A DNA stretch of 64,000 nt, taken from positions 54,867 to 118,866 of IMG/VR virus record IMGVR_UViG_2541047295_000015; one strand, given 5' to 3'. The notes beneath the pieces were generated by a model. It had not been told where the DNA came from and did no database searches. It saw nothing but the letters and a program-made list of their open reading frames with translations. The stretch comes from a virus (lineage: Duplodnaviria; Caudoviricetes). Below, piece by piece: positions 30,102 to 41,204 of the stretch (position 1 is the stretch's first letter; every line of letters begins with the position of its first letter). The position numbers and the translations under genes were made by a program.

Positions 30102-33100
30102 TTATAAATGAAGTACTCTGTCTCCTATTTCTTGAGTACGACCTTTATTCCAAAAGTTAGTTCCTATATAACCACAAGTCCTTCTCATAACCTGCATTTC
30201 AGTCTCATCTCTATTTCCACATGATGGACAATACCAAGTTAAATTTTCATCTAGTTTTATTTCTCCAGTGTATCCACACTTATAACATATGTCTGGCTTT
30301 GTATTTATCTCTGCATATTGAATATTATGATATATGTAATTTATGATTTGTTCAACTGCTTCAAGATTTCTGCTCATATCAGGAACTTCCACATATGAAA
30401 TACATCCCCCTGAACTTATACTATGAAACTGAGATTCAAATTTTAATTTACTAAAAGCATCTATTTCTTCACAAACATGAACATGATAACTATTTGTATA
30501 ATATAATTTATCTGTTACATTTTCTATTTCCCCAAACTTTTGTTTATCTATCCTACAAAACCTATATACTAAATTTTCTGCGGGAGACCCATATAAACCA
30601 AATCCTAATTTAGTTTCCTCTTTCCATTCCTCACATTTATTTTTCATGTATTTCATAACATCTAATGCAAATTTTTCTCCTTCTTCTTCTGTATGACTTA
30701 TACCTAGCATAACTTGAACCATTTCATATATTCCTACATATCCAAGGCTTAAAGTTGAGTATCCATTTTCTAAAAGTCTATCTATCTTCTCTCCTTTTTC
30801 AAGTCTAGCTATAGCTCCATGTTGCCAATGTATAGGTGATACATCTGAGAGTGTTCCTTTTAGCATGTTATGTCTAGTTAAAAGAGCTTCTTTGCACAAT
30901 TCTAATCTTTGATCTAATATCTTCCAAAATAAATTCATATTCTTATCAGCTACTATTGCAATTTGAGGTAAATTTAAAGATATTACACCTTGATTGAATC
31001 TTCCATACCATTTATAATTTTCATTTTTATCTTTATATGTGCTAAGATGACTTCTACACCCCATAGGTGGGAATGTATTTCCTTCATAATTAGTACGCAT
31101 AATTTTAGCTGATTGATAATCCAAGTAATCCTATATTTCTATAGGCTCTGACTATATTATATTCTTATATTCTATTAACAAATATAAGAACCCTCGCACT
31201 TCCAGTCGGGATTTCCACCCATTTACCTGTACTCTACTTGCTTCTCCCCATAGATATTTCTTCTATGTTCTGCTTTCGATAGTCGATTGAGTTTTTATTG
31301 TATAAAATATCTTCCATGTATTTAAGTAAAGTCTATTTTCTTGAACTGATTGATATAATGAAGTTGATTTTCCTTCAAAATATTCGTTAGCTAATTGTAC
31401 TAAAGAGTCACACTCTATTATTGTTTTATCAAATATATTAACAGCCATAACTGGATATATGTCATCTTTGTTTTTAGCATTTATATTCATAGGAACAAAT
31501 CTAACATTCCCTATCTCATACCCTTTAGAATTATCTATCCTATCTATGCTAAGATTATTTTCTCCATATATTTTATATGATTGTTTATACTCTTCAAAGC
31601 AAAACCTAGCATATTCTGTATAGTCTTTAAATTTAAATTTACCATTATATCTTTCATAATCTTTTGAGTTTGGATTGCAGCATCTTTCTTTTGCATATCT
31701 ATAAAAACTTCTAAACTGTCTAAGATTTTTATCCCCTATTTCTTCTCTTATAATATCATTATAATATTTAGAACAAGCCTCAGTATGTAATGTTTTACCT
31801 TCATTTAGCTGTCTTCTTATAGAATTCAATATATTAGTTTTTATAGCCCCACATTCACAACATTTATAAGTACATTCATATTCATCTATACTTATTATTT
31901 CAATTCCATACTCTTGATATTTTTCTTTTAAATCTTTATACATGGTCTTATTTTTTCTCACTTTAATATCCTCCAAACTATATTTTAGAAGATATATTAC
32001 ACAATAACTTACCACAGGATTAGCATATCTAATTTTAGACTTAGCTTTCCCTGTTAGCACAATCATTCGTCATCATTTACTATGACTACTATACGTTGAT
32101 TGCACACCCTATGTTTATAGGTTCACGAGGTTATTCGAAATACATTTCTGTATTAAGTCCCAATTATCTCTTAGGAACTAACCTTTTGGTTGTGCATTCA
32201 GCAGCTAATTTTGTGATGTAGTCATATTTGCCACCTTCTAAACAATTATCCTCATCAAGAAGATAAACTAGTTTAGGGAAAGCCTCCCCTATTTCTTGTC
32301 CTTTGTAATTTTTCATTCCTTCTAATCTTTGTTTTATCATTTCCTCACAAATAAGAGCCATCTCTTCTTCGTATTCATTTCCACTTTCTACTTCAAGATA
32401 AATTGTTGCAAATGGTGCTTGCACACCCAAATTATATTTCTATAACCACAGACTATCTCTTTACCATATTAGTTAAACTAACTTAGGTAGATGGCACTTC
32501 CCATATAAGAATTTCACTTATATAGTACATTCTTCATAATCCCAAAAGGATTGTATGAATTAGTCGTTACACCTTCAAAGAAATTTCTTTCTAAGCTTGG
32601 CTCGGTATTGACATAGTTAAAATAGTTTTATAAATACTTCCATCTAAATCCTGCAAATTTCTTTCGTTGGCCTTTACAAACTTTATTTAAATTTCCACTT
32701 TTCTTTCCTTTATAAAAAATCTCTGCTTCTGCAACACTATTAAAAATTTCTCCAGTATCAATATTTTTTACAGGTATGTTTTTAATTCTACTTACTGAAT
32801 TTGGCTCTATAATCTCTCCTTTAGCATCTAGATATCTATAAATATTATTGTTCGTTGAGCCTCTTGAACCCCTACATACTGCACAAATGTGAGATAAATT
32901 AATGTTCTCTTTTAATGCACAAAGACTAGCACTTTCATATATATTTCCAGTTGTAATATTTTTAACTCTTTTAGAGGTTTTATTAAGAACTCCTTTTTTC
33001 CCATACATATGATTTAATTTGCCCATTTGAGAATTTGATATTTTCATCTTAACATCTTCAGTCAAAAACGAATTTTTCCCTCCGCCTTTTAAATTATATC

Positions 33101-34327
33101 CATTTTGAGTAGTAAGACTTTTATATTTTTTTATATAATAACTTTCTCTTTCATTTAAATCTTCAATATTAGAGGCTACATATAAAATTTCCCACTTGAA
33201 ATTTTCTTTTCCATACTTATTTATAGCATTAGAAAAAGCATACCTATATCTATACTTATAACTATTTTCATGTTGTCTTTTTCTTGTTTTTAAATCTAAT
33301 ATAGTTTGACCTATATATATTTTATTGTTTATCAAATTAGTAACTTTATATATTATCATAAAACACCTATCTTAACCTTAGTTTTCACCGATAGCAGCTT
33401 ATTTAAGCCACACCCTGTATTTACAGGTTCACCACCTCATAATCTATAATGTTTCCACTATAGACGGCCAAGTCGACCATTCGTTGTCATCAAAGTTGAA
33501 AGCTGATATCTAATCGTTTGAACTCCTGCTTTTAAATCATCTAATTTTCTATCATCAGCCAATTCTTTAGCTAAATTTTCGTCTTTATATTTATCTAAAT
33601 ATTTCTTATAGTATTTATCATATGTTTTTCTTAGATAGGGTGCTAAATGCTTTACTGTGATACTCTGCCCACCATATTGATTACTAGCAACTTGAGCCAT
33701 TATTTGAGTAGTTACAGTACAAGCAGTACTAAATGACTTTGGAGATTCTACTAATTTTTCATTTATTACTGTTCCATTATCTAACATATCTTGAATATTT
33801 ATTAAGCAACAATTAAATATTGATTGTAATGTATAATCCATGTCATGCCAGTGTATAACTCCTTCATCATGAGCTTGAACTATATGAGGTGGTATCAATT
33901 TTCTTCTAGTTATATCTTTAGAAACCTCTCCAGCAATTAAATCTCTTTGAGTTGATGCGATTATTGAATTTTTATTTGAATTTTCTCTTAAAATATCCTC
34001 ATTCGTCTTGCTTATTAAACCTAATATGCTTTCATCTGTTGTATTAATCTGTTTTTTGAACGATTGAACAGCTCTATAACCTTCATATGCTTTAGCTGTA
34101 TCTTTTTGACCATAATGTATAAGTCTATCATATACAAAATCTTCTATTTGATGAATCGTAGGAATATTTTTCTTATTATTAAATTCAAATTCAGCATCAT
34201 TTGCTATTAATTTTGAGATATCCTCTATGTAAATTCCACTTCCATTTTTCATTGCCTTTTCTATCGCAATCTGTATCTTTGTATTATCAAAAGGTACCTT
34301 GCTCCCATCCCTTTTAATTATTTCCAT
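30102..34327 (-). CDS. nrdD: Anaerobic ribonucleoside-triphosphate reductase, three exons (34327-33476, 32421-32173, 31121-30102; 706 aa spliced)
   Basis: ATP-cone N-terminus. Joins restore TTNG|QAPF and RLVP|DYQS. MGCRS and RRTCGY glycyl-radical motifs. Confidence 0.92.
31122..32172 (-). ncRNA. Group I intron 2 in nrdD
   Basis: Exon ends in U (CCT), intron ends in G. R element UCAAUCGACUA (~31278-31290) and S element AUAUAGUC (~31150). Confidence 0.88.
31263..32066 (-). CDS. Intron-encoded HNH-like homing endonuclease
   Basis: 'LSIDRIDNSKGYEIGNVRF' motif. Probable GTG start near 31961 after GGAGG. Confidence 0.75.
   Translation of the reverse strand: MIVLTGKAKSKIRYANPVVSYCVIYLLKYSLEDIKVRKNKTMYKDLKEKYQEYGIEIISIDEYECTYKCCECGAIKTNILNSIRRQLNEGKTLHTEACSKYYNDIIREEIGDKNLRQFRSFYRYAKERCCNPNSKDYERYNGKFKFKDYTEYARFCFEEYKQSYKIYGENNLSIDRIDNSKGYEIGNVRFVPMNINAKNKDDIYPVMAVNIFDKTIIECDSLVQLANEYFEGKSTSLYQSVQENRLYLNTWKIFYTIKTQSTIESRT
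32422..33475 (-). ncRNA. Group I intron 1 in nrdD
   Basis: Exon ends in U (GGT), intron ends in G. GUAACGACUA (R, ~32561-32570) and AAGAGAUAGUCU (S, ~32450-32461). Confidence 0.88.
32628..33359 (-). CDS. Intron-encoded GIY-YIG homing endonuclease with NUMOD repeats
   Basis: 'IIYKVTNLINNKIYIGQT', 'NGYN', NUMOD3/NUMOD1-like C-terminal repeats. Confidence 0.9.
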   Translation of the reverse strand: MIIYKVTNLINNKIYIGQTILDLKTRKRQHENSYKYRYRYAFSNAINKYGKENFKWEILYVASNIEDLNERESYYIKKYKSLTTQNGYNLKGGGKNSFLTEDVKMKISNSQMGKLNHMYGKKGVLNKTSKRVKNITTGNIYESASLCALKENINLSHICAVCRGSRGSTNNNIYRYLDAKGEIIEPNSVSRIKNIPVKNIDTGEIFNSVAEAEIFYKGKKSGNLNKVCKGQRKKFAGFRWKYL

Positions 34328-34616
34328 TAAATCACTCTCTTTCTAATATTTATTTTCAACCTTTAAATAATACCCTTTTTACATACATGTTATCAATAAT
34401 ATTCTGTTTCCATAAGTGGTAAATATTTGACTATATAAAAATTATATTATACTGGTAAGATTCTTTGAGTTGAAATTTGATATGTACTTGATTCTTTTCC
34501 TGTTGTAAACAATATAATTGCTAAAATAATACATAATGCTAAATAAATCACTTTTTTTATTATTTAATCCTCCTTACTTAAAAATTAATTTATAATATAT
34601 CAATATACTGAACCAT

Positions 34617-35135
34617 CTAAAAATTTATATCACTTTCCTTCAATATGTATTTATTAATTATTTTTATTATTGTAATCAGACCTTTATTAGTTATATCAAT
34701 CTTAGTTGATATTGAGTTTTTATATGAAAAAATATGAAGTAAATGTTTATTTTCACTTTTATATATTGATATTTCTGTGTCATCTACATATTTTGTAAAT
34801 TTATTTTTATTATAATTAAATCTACATATCCTTAAATAATCATCTATTTCTTTACTGATCATAAGTTCAGATTGTTTTATACACATATCTTTAAACTCAT
34901 TTTTTACTCTGTCATTTTCTTTTTTTACAATTTCTTTATATCTATTTAAATCAATTTTTTGAAAAGCTATGTCTTTTATATAGTCTTCACATTTATCTAT
35001 AAACCTCTTAAATATAGCTATTTTCATTGTTCCATTCACAAATGCAACTACTTCATTTCCTTCTTCTAGTTTTTTAATTTCTGTTCTAAAAATCATTTCC
35101 TCTTCATCTACACTAGCTACTATTATCATACTCAT
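34617..35135 (-). CDS. Hypothetical protein
   Basis: RBS GGGAG, 172 aa. Confidence 0.5.
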   Translation of the reverse strand: MSMIIVASVDEEEMIFRTEIKKLEEGNEVVAFVNGTMKIAIFKRFIDKCEDYIKDIAFQKIDLNRYKEIVKKENDRVKNEFKDMCIKQSELMISKEIDDYLRICRFNYNKNKFTKYVDDTEISIYKSENKHLLHIFSYKNSISTKIDITNKGLITIIKIINKYILKESDINF

Positions 35136-35188
35136 ATATACACTCTCCCTTCCATTGCAAAATCTACTTTATTTTTTAATTAACATTT

Positions 35189-35635
35189 TTAATGTTCCTT
35201 TATTAAACCTGGCATAATTTTATTTACAGTTTTACAAGAAATCCCTAATTTAATTGTTTTTGTAGCTATACCAATTATAAATTCTTCAAGTTCTTTATTT
35301 TTTTCTAAAAATAATTGTATTGTTTTTATATCAACATCTCTTCCAGAATTATTTTCAGATAGATAATCAATCATATCATATATGCTATATATTTTTTTAC
35401 ACTCAATATTCCCTATTTTTTTAGATAGTTTCTTTTTAGATAACCCAGTTAAAATACCTGCATCTAAAAGAAATTGTAAACAGGTTACAAACATACCATT
35501 ATTTTTATTTTTTTCTAATATATTTATTTTTTCTTTTCTGCTTGATGTACTTTTTAGTTTTTTGAAGATGTTTTTTACAAATAATGCTTCTTGCATTTTT
35601 TCCTCCTTAAATCTACTGGGTATATTATTCGTCAT
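35189..35635 (-). CDS. Stand-alone N-terminal DNA-binding domain of an ATP-dependent DNA ligase
   Basis: 'LKSTSSRKEKINILEKNKNN' and 'LGISCKTVNKIMPGLI' resemble the ends of the T4-type ligase N-domain. Confidence 0.6.
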   Translation of the reverse strand: MTNNIPSRFKEEKMQEALFVKNIFKKLKSTSSRKEKINILEKNKNNGMFVTCLQFLLDAGILTGLSKKKLSKKIGNIECKKIYSIYDMIDYLSENNSGRDVDIKTIQLFLEKNKELEEFIIGIATKTIKLGISCKTVNKIMPGLIKEH

Positions 35636-35814
35636 ATCATTTATTTTATTTACTTTTTTATTACTTGAAATTTTTATTTATACATTTCTCCACATTTTTT
35701 ACATTGATAAATAAATCCTATTTTCGTACTTAATTTAAATATATCTCCACCACATTCACATTTTTTTATTCTTATCATTTTCTTCTTCATATTTATACTC
35801 CTCAAAAGAAATTG

Positions 35815-36051
35815 TTAGCTAAATGTTGTATCTAATAATCTTGATACTTTTTTTATTTTCCAATCTACAGGCAATATTCCATTATCAATTAATTCTGATA
35901 GTAAACAATTATATTCATCAATTTTTATCATATGTCCAATTGGACAGTTTTTGCAGTGCTTAGACTTGATACAAACATATTTTATAGTATTTAAAGCAAC
36001 TATAGTATTTTTTATATCATCTTGTGTTAATTCTATTTCTTTATTATCCAT
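35815..36051 (-). CDS. Hypothetical Cys-rich protein
   Basis: RBS AAGGA. CxxCP motif. Confidence 0.5.
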   Translation of the reverse strand: MDNKEIELTQDDIKNTIVALNTIKYVCIKSKHCKNCPIGHMIKIDEYNCLLSELIDNGILPVDWKIKKVSRLLDTTFS

Positions 36052-36088
36052 TTTTCATCATTCCTTTAAATTTACTAAATTTTAATAT

Positions 36089-36313
36089 TTACAAGGCTTC
36101 TACTGCTTCTTGAAATTTTAAATCTAATACATATTTTAATAACTCTTTATCATATTTATAATTTAAATACTCATCTATAGAGGCTGTATAAGCATTTTCT
36201 TTTTTATATTTTTTTATATACCATTTTTGAAATTTAATATAATCTTGCTCTGTGAGATATTCACTTGATAAGTTCAAAAGACTTCCTTTTTTATTTAATA
36301 TTTCTCTGATCAT
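36089..36313 (-). CDS. Hypothetical protein
   Basis: RBS AGGAG. Confidence 0.5.
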   Translation of the reverse strand: MIREILNKKGSLLNLSSEYLTEQDYIKFQKWYIKKYKKENAYTASIDEYLNYKYDKELLKYVLDLKFQEAVEAL

Positions 36314-36537
36314 ATGATTCTCCTATTTTTGATATATTCATTTCATTTACTAATGAATCTTTTTATTCTGGCACTTAATCTTATTATACTTATGACATTC
36401 TATATTTTTTCTATTTGATATAATTTCCAAAGATAATTTATAAACCAAATTTTGATTTATATTTTTCAATTTTTTAAATAAAGACAACATTTTTATTAAT
36501 TCTTTATGTTTTTCATCAACCATAACTCGCCTCTTTC

Positions 36538-36660
36538 TTGACTTTGTATATTTTTATATTTACTTTGTTATAATTACATTGTATATCTTATACTGTACAA
36601 TGTCAATATGTTTTATACTTTGTTTACCTAATACACTGAATATATTGACTTTGTCAATAC
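36538..36660. promoter_or_regulatory. Divergent promoter region with repeated operator-like ACTTTGT boxes
   Basis: ACTTTGT at ~36541, 36562, 36617 and 36649, overlapping -35/-10 elements upstream of the XRE gene. Confidence 0.55.
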
Positions 36661-36664
36661 CGAA

Positions 36665-37057
36665 TTGTATAATTTAATTAATGGAGGTGATATATTGAAC
36701 ACAATGATATATAATCTAAAAAAATTAAGAAAAGAATTAGGATTATCACAAAAAGAATTTGGTGATAAATTAAAATTAACATCTGCGTCAATATCAAAAC
36801 TTGAAAATGGAGAGAGAAATATCACTGAAAGACATATTTACCAAATATGTGAGGTTTTTAATGTAAATGAAGATTGGTTACGAAATGGAAATGGAAAAAT
36901 ATTTAAAAATATAGATGATATTGAATTAGCAGCAATGATGGGTAAGACATTTTCAAGTAATGATGAATTCTTGAAAAAAGTCTTTTTAACATTTGCAGAA
37001 CTTACAGATGATGAAAGAGAAGTTGTACAAAAAATAATAAATAAACTAAGTAAATAG
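36665..37057 (+). CDS. XRE-family repressor
   Basis: 'LSQKEFG...SISKLENGER...VNEDWLRNG'. Lone plus-strand gene divergent from the replication operon. True start probably the TTG after GGAGG (~36695). Confidence 0.88.
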   Translation: MYNLINGGDILNTMIYNLKKLRKELGLSQKEFGDKLKLTSASISKLENGERNITERHIYQICEVFNVNEDWLRNGNGKIFKNIDDIELAAMMGKTFSSNDEFLKKVFLTFAELTDDEREVVQKIINKLSK

Positions 37058-37068
37058 CCCTAGAAGGG

Positions 37069-37167
37069 CTATTTTATTTTAGATATAAAACTTTTAATTA
37101 TGAGTAAAGAAGATAAATCCATTTTTTTGAGCATCTTAAGTATTTCTTCTGTAACTTGCTTTTTCAT
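37069..37167 (-). CDS. Small peptide (32 aa) convergent on the repressor
   Basis: RBS GGGGGGA. MKKQVTEEILKMLKKMDLSSLLIIKSFISKIK. Confidence 0.5.
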   Translation of the reverse strand: MKKQVTEEILKMLKKMDLSSLLIIKSFISKIK

Positions 37168-37250
37168 TAAATCCCCCCATATAATAAATAAAATAATTAT
37201 AAAGTTAATACTTTTTACCCAATCATCTCCTCACTCTATTCCCATTTCAG

Positions 37251-37262
37251 GAACATTTGTTC
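37251..37262. promoter_or_regulatory. LexA (SOS) box
   Basis: GAACATTTGTTC is a perfect GAAC-N4-GTTC. A one-mismatch copy lies at 37513-37524. Confidence 0.55.
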
Positions 37263-37544
37263 TTAAAGAAACTAAAATCCCTCAGCATTTAGTAAAATTG
37301 AAGTTATCTGCATCTGAAATGAATATTTCATATATGTATTTTTTTAATAAATACCTACTCTATTAAAGTAGATTGCTTGATTAAATAATAAGATTTTTTT
37401 TAGAAAAGTTCAATACTAAAATCGCAAATGATAACAAAAAATACAAAAATATTAATTTTTTTCCTATTTTCCTACATAATAATATTATAACTCTTTCTCT
37501 ATAAATCATCAAGAACATACATTCGATTCTTTTAAACAAATTAT

Positions 37545-38267
37545 TTACCAAATTCTATCTCTCAATATATTTGATAAATAAAATTTTAATTCTTTTGCTT
37601 TTCTAGGAGCTACCTTAATTTTTATATTATTTTCTGTTAAATATACAAAATTATAGTTCAAATTATTAACTTGTAACAAATTTATAAGATAGCTTTTGTG
37701 ACATCTAAAAAAAATCCCTTCTTTTAGCTTTTCTTCAAATATATCAAGTTTTTCATTTATTATATATTCATCTGTTTTTGTTATAACCTTTAATTTTCTT
37801 TTAACAATCTCTGCAAATAAAATATCTCTTTCTTCTATTATTATGATTTTTTTCTTTTTTTTTATATAAATAACAGCCTCTCTTTTTCTCCAATCAATAG
37901 CAAAATCAATCATTATTTTTTCAAAATTTTTGTAGTATATTGGTTTTATTAGGTATCTAAATGCATTTATTTCATATTCTTTAACAACATCTTCATTAGA
38001 TTCAGTAGTAAATATAATCTTAACATTTTTATTTCTTTTTCTAATTTCTTTTGATATTTCAAATTCATTTTTATCTTCTAAGTTTAGATCCATTAAAACT
38101 AAATCTACTTTTTTAGAATCTTTTTCTAAAAGTTCTTCTACATTTTTAAATAATAAAACTTCATATTGTTTTATTTTTATTTTCTTTAAAAAAATCTTAA
38201 TAAAGTCATGAATGATATCTCTTTGCATATCATCATTTTCACAAATAATTATTACCATAATAATCAC
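37545..38267 (-). CDS. LytTR-family response regulator (AgrA-like)
   Basis: REC domain (ICEND, LMDL, YLIKP) plus LytTR 'FFRCHKSYLINL'. Confidence 0.9.
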   Translation of the reverse strand: MIIMVIIICENDDMQRDIIHDFIKIFLKKIKIKQYEVLLFKNVEELLEKDSKKVDLVLMDLNLEDKNEFEISKEIRKRNKNVKIIFTTESNEDVVKEYEINAFRYLIKPIYYKNFEKIMIDFAIDWRKREAVIYIKKKKKIIIIEERDILFAEIVKRKLKVITKTDEYIINEKLDIFEEKLKEGIFFRCHKSYLINLLQVNNLNYNFVYLTENNIKIKVAPRKAKELKFYLSNILRDRIW

Positions 38268-38947
38268 TCCTCAAAATATATATTTAATAAATATTATATA
38301 TTTTTGATATCTGAATTTTGGTAATTATTGTAATTTGTTGTATTATAAATACTTTTTTTATCATTTTATGTCTGTAGAGCTAATTTTTATATTAATATAA
38401 TTTTGTTAATTCTTTACTTATAAATTGTCATTCAAATATAACTTTTAAGTTATTGTTATATCCTTAAAAAATAAATTGATAAATGAGCAAGAAAATTTAG
38501 AAGAGTAAAGTTGTTATTATATTTTTATAATTAGTTAAATAAATGTTAAATAGATACTGTTCATTGATTAAAACAGAAATTAATAATAACAATTAAAACA
38601 GAAATTTAAATCAATAATTAGAAAATAATAATAAGCTACTAATTATAGTAATTGCAATTAGTACAATAAAATATAAATTTTAATAATAATATGTTGTTGA
38701 TGTATTGTTGTTTTTTTAGAATAAGTTTCTTAAGAAATTGAATAATTATATATTCTTATTGGAAAATTAAGTTATTAATATGTATAAAAAACTTTCTATT
38801 GTGTATATAATTTAATTAAAATAAGCATAAAAAAATAGAGCTAATATAGATTTTACACTCTTTATAGCTCTATTTAAGTATTTTATTATTTGAATACAAA
38901 CACTAATAGGAGTAGTCAAAATCAATTTTTTTGAACTACTCCATATA

Positions 38948-40126
38948 TTAAATTGCTATTGCTAAACTTCCATTCTTATTTATGCTCTGAACAATCAATG
39001 TTCTTATAAATGCTCCTGGATTACGTATCTCATTATAGTTTGTATCTTCTTCGTCAACTGTATATTTATTAAACATATAATCTAATGCTGCTAGTACTCT
39101 ATTAACTCCATATTGTACTGCTAATCCAACTAAGTCATTTATAATAATATCTTTTTCTATTTCTAATTTATTTCTTAAATCTTCTTCAAATAAATTATAT
39201 CTATCTAAATTTAACTGAGATAATACTTTACTATAATTAGAACTCAAGGAGCATCCTGTATCATCAAAGAATTTTAATATTTTTATTCTTACAGATTCTG
39301 TATATTTCTCTGAGATGCTTTCTTTCGTCTCATAACGCTTTGTATCTATTGTATCATTACTTATATCAAATAAAGTTTTAGTGCTTCTTAGAAAGGTATC
39401 TATACGCTTGTTTGATTTCTTTATGTACTCTGGAAGTATAGAGATAAGATTATCTTTTTTAAATCGTATTCTCTTACCTAATTTACTTCCTTTAGCATCA
39501 GCCCAAACTAATTTTTTAATTTCAAGTTTTAACTCATTTACATTTTCAAAACTTAATAGGTGAGTTAAAGTATCTAATGACATAGTCAAGTAACCTTTTC
39601 CACCATCTTCTTTTTTAAGATGATTTTTGTACTCTTCATCTATGACTATATCAAATTTACCTCTTTTTATCTCTGTAGAATAAACTAATCCAACTTGTAA
39701 TAATACATTATGATTATGTCTTGCTGTAACAACAGAGATATTGCATATATCAGCTATGTTTTGAAATGATATTGATTTTCTAACATAGTTTTTATTAGAT
39801 ACTATAAAATGATATGCTAGATATTGCTTTATAGCACTCTTACTTAAAGTAATATGTTTATTTACATTAGTTACAATCTCTATTGTACCTATTTCTGTTT
39901 CTTTTTCTGTAACATAAGAAAACTCTGATATAGTGTTTAATTTAGGACAATTTGAGCAGAAGTCATTTAATTTATTACTATCAAAAGAAGGATTATTTTT
40001 TATTGCACAAGAATTACAAGCGGAATAGTCTATTTTTTCTACTTTTCTTATAGAAGTTTTAAAAACATCTAAGATATCTTTTAATTTTGATTTTGATATT
40101 CTAGCAACTGGTTTTAATTCTTGCAT
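38948..40126 (-). CDS. Replication initiator-like / wHTH protein
   Basis: RBS AGGAGG before MQELK. CxxC pairs, central HTH, C-terminal 'IRNPGAFIRTLI'. Confidence 0.45.
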   Translation of the reverse strand: MQELKPVARISKSKLKDILDVFKTSIRKVEKIDYSACNSCAIKNNPSFDSNKLNDFCSNCPKLNTISEFSYVTEKETEIGTIEIVTNVNKHITLSKSAIKQYLAYHFIVSNKNYVRKSISFQNIADICNISVVTARHNHNVLLQVGLVYSTEIKRGKFDIVIDEEYKNHLKKEDGGKGYLTMSLDTLTHLLSFENVNELKLEIKKLVWADAKGSKLGKRIRFKKDNLISILPEYIKKSNKRIDTFLRSTKTLFDISNDTIDTKRYETKESISEKYTESVRIKILKFFDDTGCSLSSNYSKVLSQLNLDRYNLFEEDLRNKLEIEKDIIINDLVGLAVQYGVNRVLAALDYMFNKYTVDEEDTNYNEIRNPGAFIRTLIVQSINKNGSLAIAI

Positions 40127-40206
40127 ATTATAATCCTCCTTTCTTAGTAATATTTCTATAAAATTATTATAACACATATGGTTACATGTTGTAAGAATGT
40201 GTAACA

Positions 40207-40473
40207 TTAGTACTCATTTTTTTTGATTTTCATGATAGTATTTCTGCCGCAGTTATACTTTTGCTCTGCTTTTCTTATACTCAATCCATTATCTAAATCA
40301 TTTTTTATTTTTTTTACCTGCTCATTATTAAATCTTTTGCTTCTCCTACCTTGCTGGACTACATAATAATTTTCATTTTCTAAAGTCTCATATTCAATTC
40401 CAGCTTTATCTAGCTTCTCTTTTTTCGAACTATCTACAATAAAGACTACTTTATCTTTATATTTAATACTCAT
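40207..40473 (-). CDS. Small HTH DNA-binding protein (paralog A)
   Basis: C-terminal 'GLSIRKAEQKYNCGRNTI'. Confidence 0.7.
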   Translation of the reverse strand: MSIKYKDKVVFIVDSSKKEKLDKAGIEYETLENENYYVVQQGRRSKRFNNEQVKKIKNDLDNGLSIRKAEQKYNCGRNTIMKIKKNEY

Positions 40474-40502
40474 ATTGTGATAACTCCTTATATAAATATG
40501 TT

Positions 40503-40889
40503 TTATTTTTGTATTAATAAATTATCTACCAAATCAATAATTAAATTAGCATTTATTAAAAAGTCTAATCCTAATAAACCATTTACTTTTTCTTCTGGGT
40601 CAATCTCTCCAAAATCTAATTTTATATTTTCAAGAGTTATATCACCACAAGCAACCTTATTAACTAATTTCCTTACTGAATATTGAACAGTCCCACCATA
40701 ACCAGAAGCCTTTACAATTGTATCATCATCATTAAATCCAATATCTGATTCCTCTAAATAAGAAGAAGATATTATAGTATGAGATGCTCCAGTATCAATG
40801 ATCATATCTTTTACAAGGATACTTTTATTTTCAATTAAGATTTCTATATCTGTATATAATAGTCCATTTTTATATTTGAAATTTTTCAT
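40503..40889 (-). CDS. Retropepsin-like aspartyl protease
   Basis: IDTGASHT and GLLGLDFL motifs. Confidence 0.88.
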   Translation of the reverse strand: MKNFKYKNGLLYTDIEILIENKSILVKDMIIDTGASHTIISSSYLEESDIGFNDDDTIVKASGYGGTVQYSVRKLVNKVACGDITLENIKLDFGEIDPEEKVNGLLGLDFLINANLIIDLVDNLLIQK

Positions 40890-40890
40890 A

Positions 40891-41145
40891 CTACAAACCT
40901 CTTCTTATACCAATATGTTTTATGATATCTATTACAAATTCTTTATTCTTGGTGTTATATACAATTTCTTTATCTTTACATCTGTTGAATTCTTTTAAAG
41001 CCTCTTTATTGTTAGGAATAACTTTTATAAGAGCTACTTCATCTACATACTCCTTTTCATTTTGTATATGCGATTCCAAAATTTCTAATTTTACAAATGA
41101 ATTAGGATATAAGTTTCTAACCTCTGACCATTTCATAGAAATCAA
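40891..41145 (-). CDS. Small partner protein of the aspartyl protease
   Basis: 'MKWSEVRNLYPNSFV'. Stop is 1 nt from the protease start. Confidence 0.6.
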   Translation of the reverse strand: MISMKWSEVRNLYPNSFVKLEILESHIQNEKEYVDEVALIKVIPNNKEALKEFNRCKDKEIVYNTKNKEFVIDIIKHIGIRRGL

Positions 41146-41204
41146 CTCCTTTATAGTATAAGAATATTATAATATTAATGAGGTAAAATGTAAATGCTAC
41201 CTCG

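Noticed and set aside
37100-37366. 88-aa plus-strand ORF
   Set aside because: No RBS, lies past the repressor's terminator hairpin, and overlaps a better-supported minus-strand peptide and LexA box.
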